From an uncultured archaeon (lineage in GTDB: Archaea; Thermoproteota; Nitrososphaeria_A; Caldarchaeales; Calditenuaceae): a stretch of DNA of 64,000 nucleotides. The first letter of the stretch is position 1; each line of letters opens with the position of its first letter. The notes below the pieces were generated by a model, which saw only the letters and a list, made by a program, of their open reading frames with translations, did no database searches and had not been told where the DNA came from. Positions 62,344 to 64,000 of this stretch are shown here, one piece after another. The stretch covers positions 7,146 through 71,145 of the forward strand of contig CALIKS010000035.1 in assembly GCA_938017985.1 (NCBI GenBank), in the 5' to 3' direction. A program made the position numbers and the translations under genes.

Positions 62344-62901
62344 GTGATTGACTTGAACTTAGTTAGGACTTTTCTTGAGTCCGCGAAGCGTAACTATGCG
62401 GACGTCTCACTCATGCATGGATACAATGAAGCTGCGAAGAAAATAGCAGAGATAGCATCGGATAACAGGGTCTCAAGCATAGCTCTCTCTAGGCTGCCTG
62501 ACAAATTACTCGAAAATCTGAGGAATGAACTAGCAGGAGTAAAGACGATCTACAACCTTGATAATTATCGACTCGAGGATGCCTCTAAGTTTGCTGAGAG
62601 CGCCGAGATGGGCGTCGTACTGGCTGACGCGGGCCTCGCCGAGATCGGCGTAATCATCATTATGAATAGCTATTCTGCCAGGCTTGCCACAACTCTTCCG
62701 AGACGACTCGCCGCAGTTCTGCCGGCAAGCAATATTCTAGCGACTTATGATGATTTGGCTGACTACTTCTCAAAAAGGTACGGCGAGGCTGGCGCTGCTT
62801 TCATGATAGCTGGCCCAAGCGGCACCTCTGACATCGAGCTTACCTTCGTCAAAGGCGTGCATGGCCCGGGTGATGCACACTTTATCGTCGTGGAGGAATG
62901 A
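62344..62901 (+). CDS. lutC: LUD-domain protein LutC-like
   Basis: 185-aa LUD pattern (...GVVLADAGLAEIGVIIIMNS...LP...). GTG start. Directly upstream of a LutB-like gene. Confidence 0.7.
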   Translation: MIDLNLVRTFLESAKRNYADVSLMHGYNEAAKKIAEIASDNRVSSIALSRLPDKLLENLRNELAGVKTIYNLDNYRLEDASKFAESAEMGVVLADAGLAEIGVIIIMNSYSARLATTLPRRLAAVLPASNILATYDDLADYFSKRYGEAGAAFMIAGPSGTSDIELTFVKGVHGPGDAHFIVVEE

Positions 62902-62905
62902 TAAG

Positions 62906-64000
62906 ATGAGTGACCTAAGGAAACTAGTGGCTGATGCACTCAAGAACAGTGAGAGGATAAACACGCTGTGGAGCAGCCTCCAGTCGATGCTTGATTCTAG
63001 GCAAGTCGCGATGGCTGAGCTTAGCCAAGATGCTTTGCAACGGCTAACCGAGACGAGACAATACACCGCTGTAAACCTTGAGCATCTATTAGAGATGACG
63101 GTGAGAAAAGTCAAGGAGGCTGGTGGTAATGTATACGTAGCAAGGACGGTGGAAGATGCTAGGGAATACATCGTCAGCATAGCCAAGAAGAAAGGCGTAA
63201 GACTAGTAGTCAAGTCAAAGTCCATGACTAGCGAGGAGATCGAGCTCAACAAGGGTCTCGAAGAGATTGGCATCGAAGTAGTCGAGACCGACCTCGGAGA
63301 ATACATAGTGCAGCTCGCTGGTCAGAGGCCATCACATATCATTGCCCCTGCAGTACACTTAAACAGGACAGAGATAGCAAAGATATTCTCCGAGAAGCTT
63401 GGAGTAGAAGTTATGCCCGACCCAACCGCAATCACGAAGGCTGCCCAGAAAACATTGAGAGAGAAATTTCTCTCAGCAGATATGGGTATAACAGGCGCCA
63501 ACATAGTGGTGGCAGAGGCCGGCGCGGCGCTTATCGTGACAAACGAGGGAAACGGAAGATTTGTGACGACTTTTCCAAGAATGCTGATAACGATTGCTGG
63601 AGTCGAGAAGATCGTGAAGAGCTGGACGGATGCAGTCAATATCCTCAGGGTTCTTGCGAGAAGCGCGACTGGTAAGCAGACATCGGTCTACGTCTCAATT
63701 TTTGGCCCAAAGAGATTCAGCATTCAGGGCGGAGAAGACTCGGAGTTCCACCTAGTACTGCTGGACAATGGGAGAATCAATGCGATGAGGAATCCATGGC
63801 TATCAGAAACTTTGAGATGTATAAGATGCTCAGCATGCTTCAATGTCTGCCCAACGTATAGAGTCGTTGGTGGACATGTCTTTGGAGACATCTATACCGG
63901 ACCGATAGGCGTGCTATGGACCGCCGTGACGAGAAGCATCGAGAGGGCGGCAGAGATCTCTCAGCTATGCGTCTCATGTGGACTCTGCAAGGAGACTTGT
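62906..64000 (+). CDS. lutB: LutB-like iron-sulfur protein (LUD domain + 2x 4Fe-4S motifs), 3' end beyond window
   Basis: Not in the ORF track because it is open to the window end. MSDLRKLVADALKNSERINTLW...GANIVVAEAGAALIVTNEGNGR...CIRCSACFNVCPTY...CVSCGLCKETC. Confidence 0.8.
   Translation, partial: MSDLRKLVADALKNSERINTLWSSLQSMLDSRQVAMAELSQDALQRLTETRQYTAVNLEHLLEMTVRKVKEAGGNVYVARTVEDAREYIVSIAKKKGVRLVVKSKSMTSEEIELNKGLEEIGIEVVETDLGEYIVQLAGQRPSHIIAPAVHLNRTEIAKIFSEKLGVEVMPDPTAITKAAQKTLREKFLSADMGITGANIVVAEAGAALIVTNEGNGRFVTTFPRMLITIAGVEKIVKSWTDAVNILRVLARSATGKQTSVYVSIFGPKRFSIQGGEDSEFHLVLLDNGRINAMRNPWLSETLRCIRCSACFNVCPTYRVVGGHVFGDIYTGPIGVLWTAVTRSIERAAEISQLCVSCGLCKETC

Noticed and set aside
62770-63639. 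Minus-strand ORFs of 178 aa and 105 aa
   Set aside because: They are antisense to the LutB-like gene, whose + frame is open to the window edge and carries LUD and 4Fe-4S motifs. The minus-strand products are Ser/Leu/Thr-rich low complexity.
1-64000. CRISPR arrays, rRNA genes, IS elements, classical defence systems
   Set aside because: I found no regularly spaced direct repeats, no rRNA-like conserved stretches, no transposase or Cas-like ORFs, and no restriction-modification, Argonaute or toxin-antitoxin signatures. Intergenic space is nearly all under 200 nt.

Overview
This is a 64-kb chromosomal window from an archaeon, probably TACK/Thermoproteota-like. The evidence is aRF1, Pus10, Rpo4/RpoF, L21e, L10e, Hjc, CDP-archaeol synthase, RNase P proteins Pop5/Rpp30, NAC, MBF1, and a tRNA-Ile with an intron outside the anticodon loop. 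About 75 tightly packed genes are mostly housekeeping: translation, RNA processing, glycolysis/gluconeogenesis, nucleotide, lipid and cofactor metabolism, the Tat pathway and two ABC transporters. I saw no rRNA, CRISPR array, transposase, integrase or recognisable defence genes. The most unusual observations are as follows. (1) A 582-aa protein (45446-47191) combines an ArsR-type wHTH, an ATP-cone and a degenerate NrdD-like body, and is a candidate archaeal analogue of the bacterial nucleotide-sensing repressor NrdR. (2) That gene lies in a ~3.3-kb island where the + strand is extremely G+T-rich whichever strand codes. A mirror-image A+C-rich island lies at 0.4-3.1 kb. One island boundary falls inside argF. 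(3) Each island holds one copy, in inverted orientation, of a 150-180-nt intergenic repeat made of a 10-bp-stem hairpin and a promoter-like block. (4) The L21e gene has no canonical start codon and probably initiates at CTG behind a GGTGA Shine-Dalgarno. Further observations: two convergent deoxyhypusine synthase paralogues, an orphan split NuoJ/NuoK-like trio, TatC fused to a zinc ribbon, a co-directional ADH / radical-SAM-SPASM / EamA / radical-SAM run downstream of the tRNA, and two unannotated small ORFs. Everything was read by eye. Domain calls rest on remembered family motifs, start codons are often uncertain, and the few composition numbers are hand counts on single 60-nt lines.
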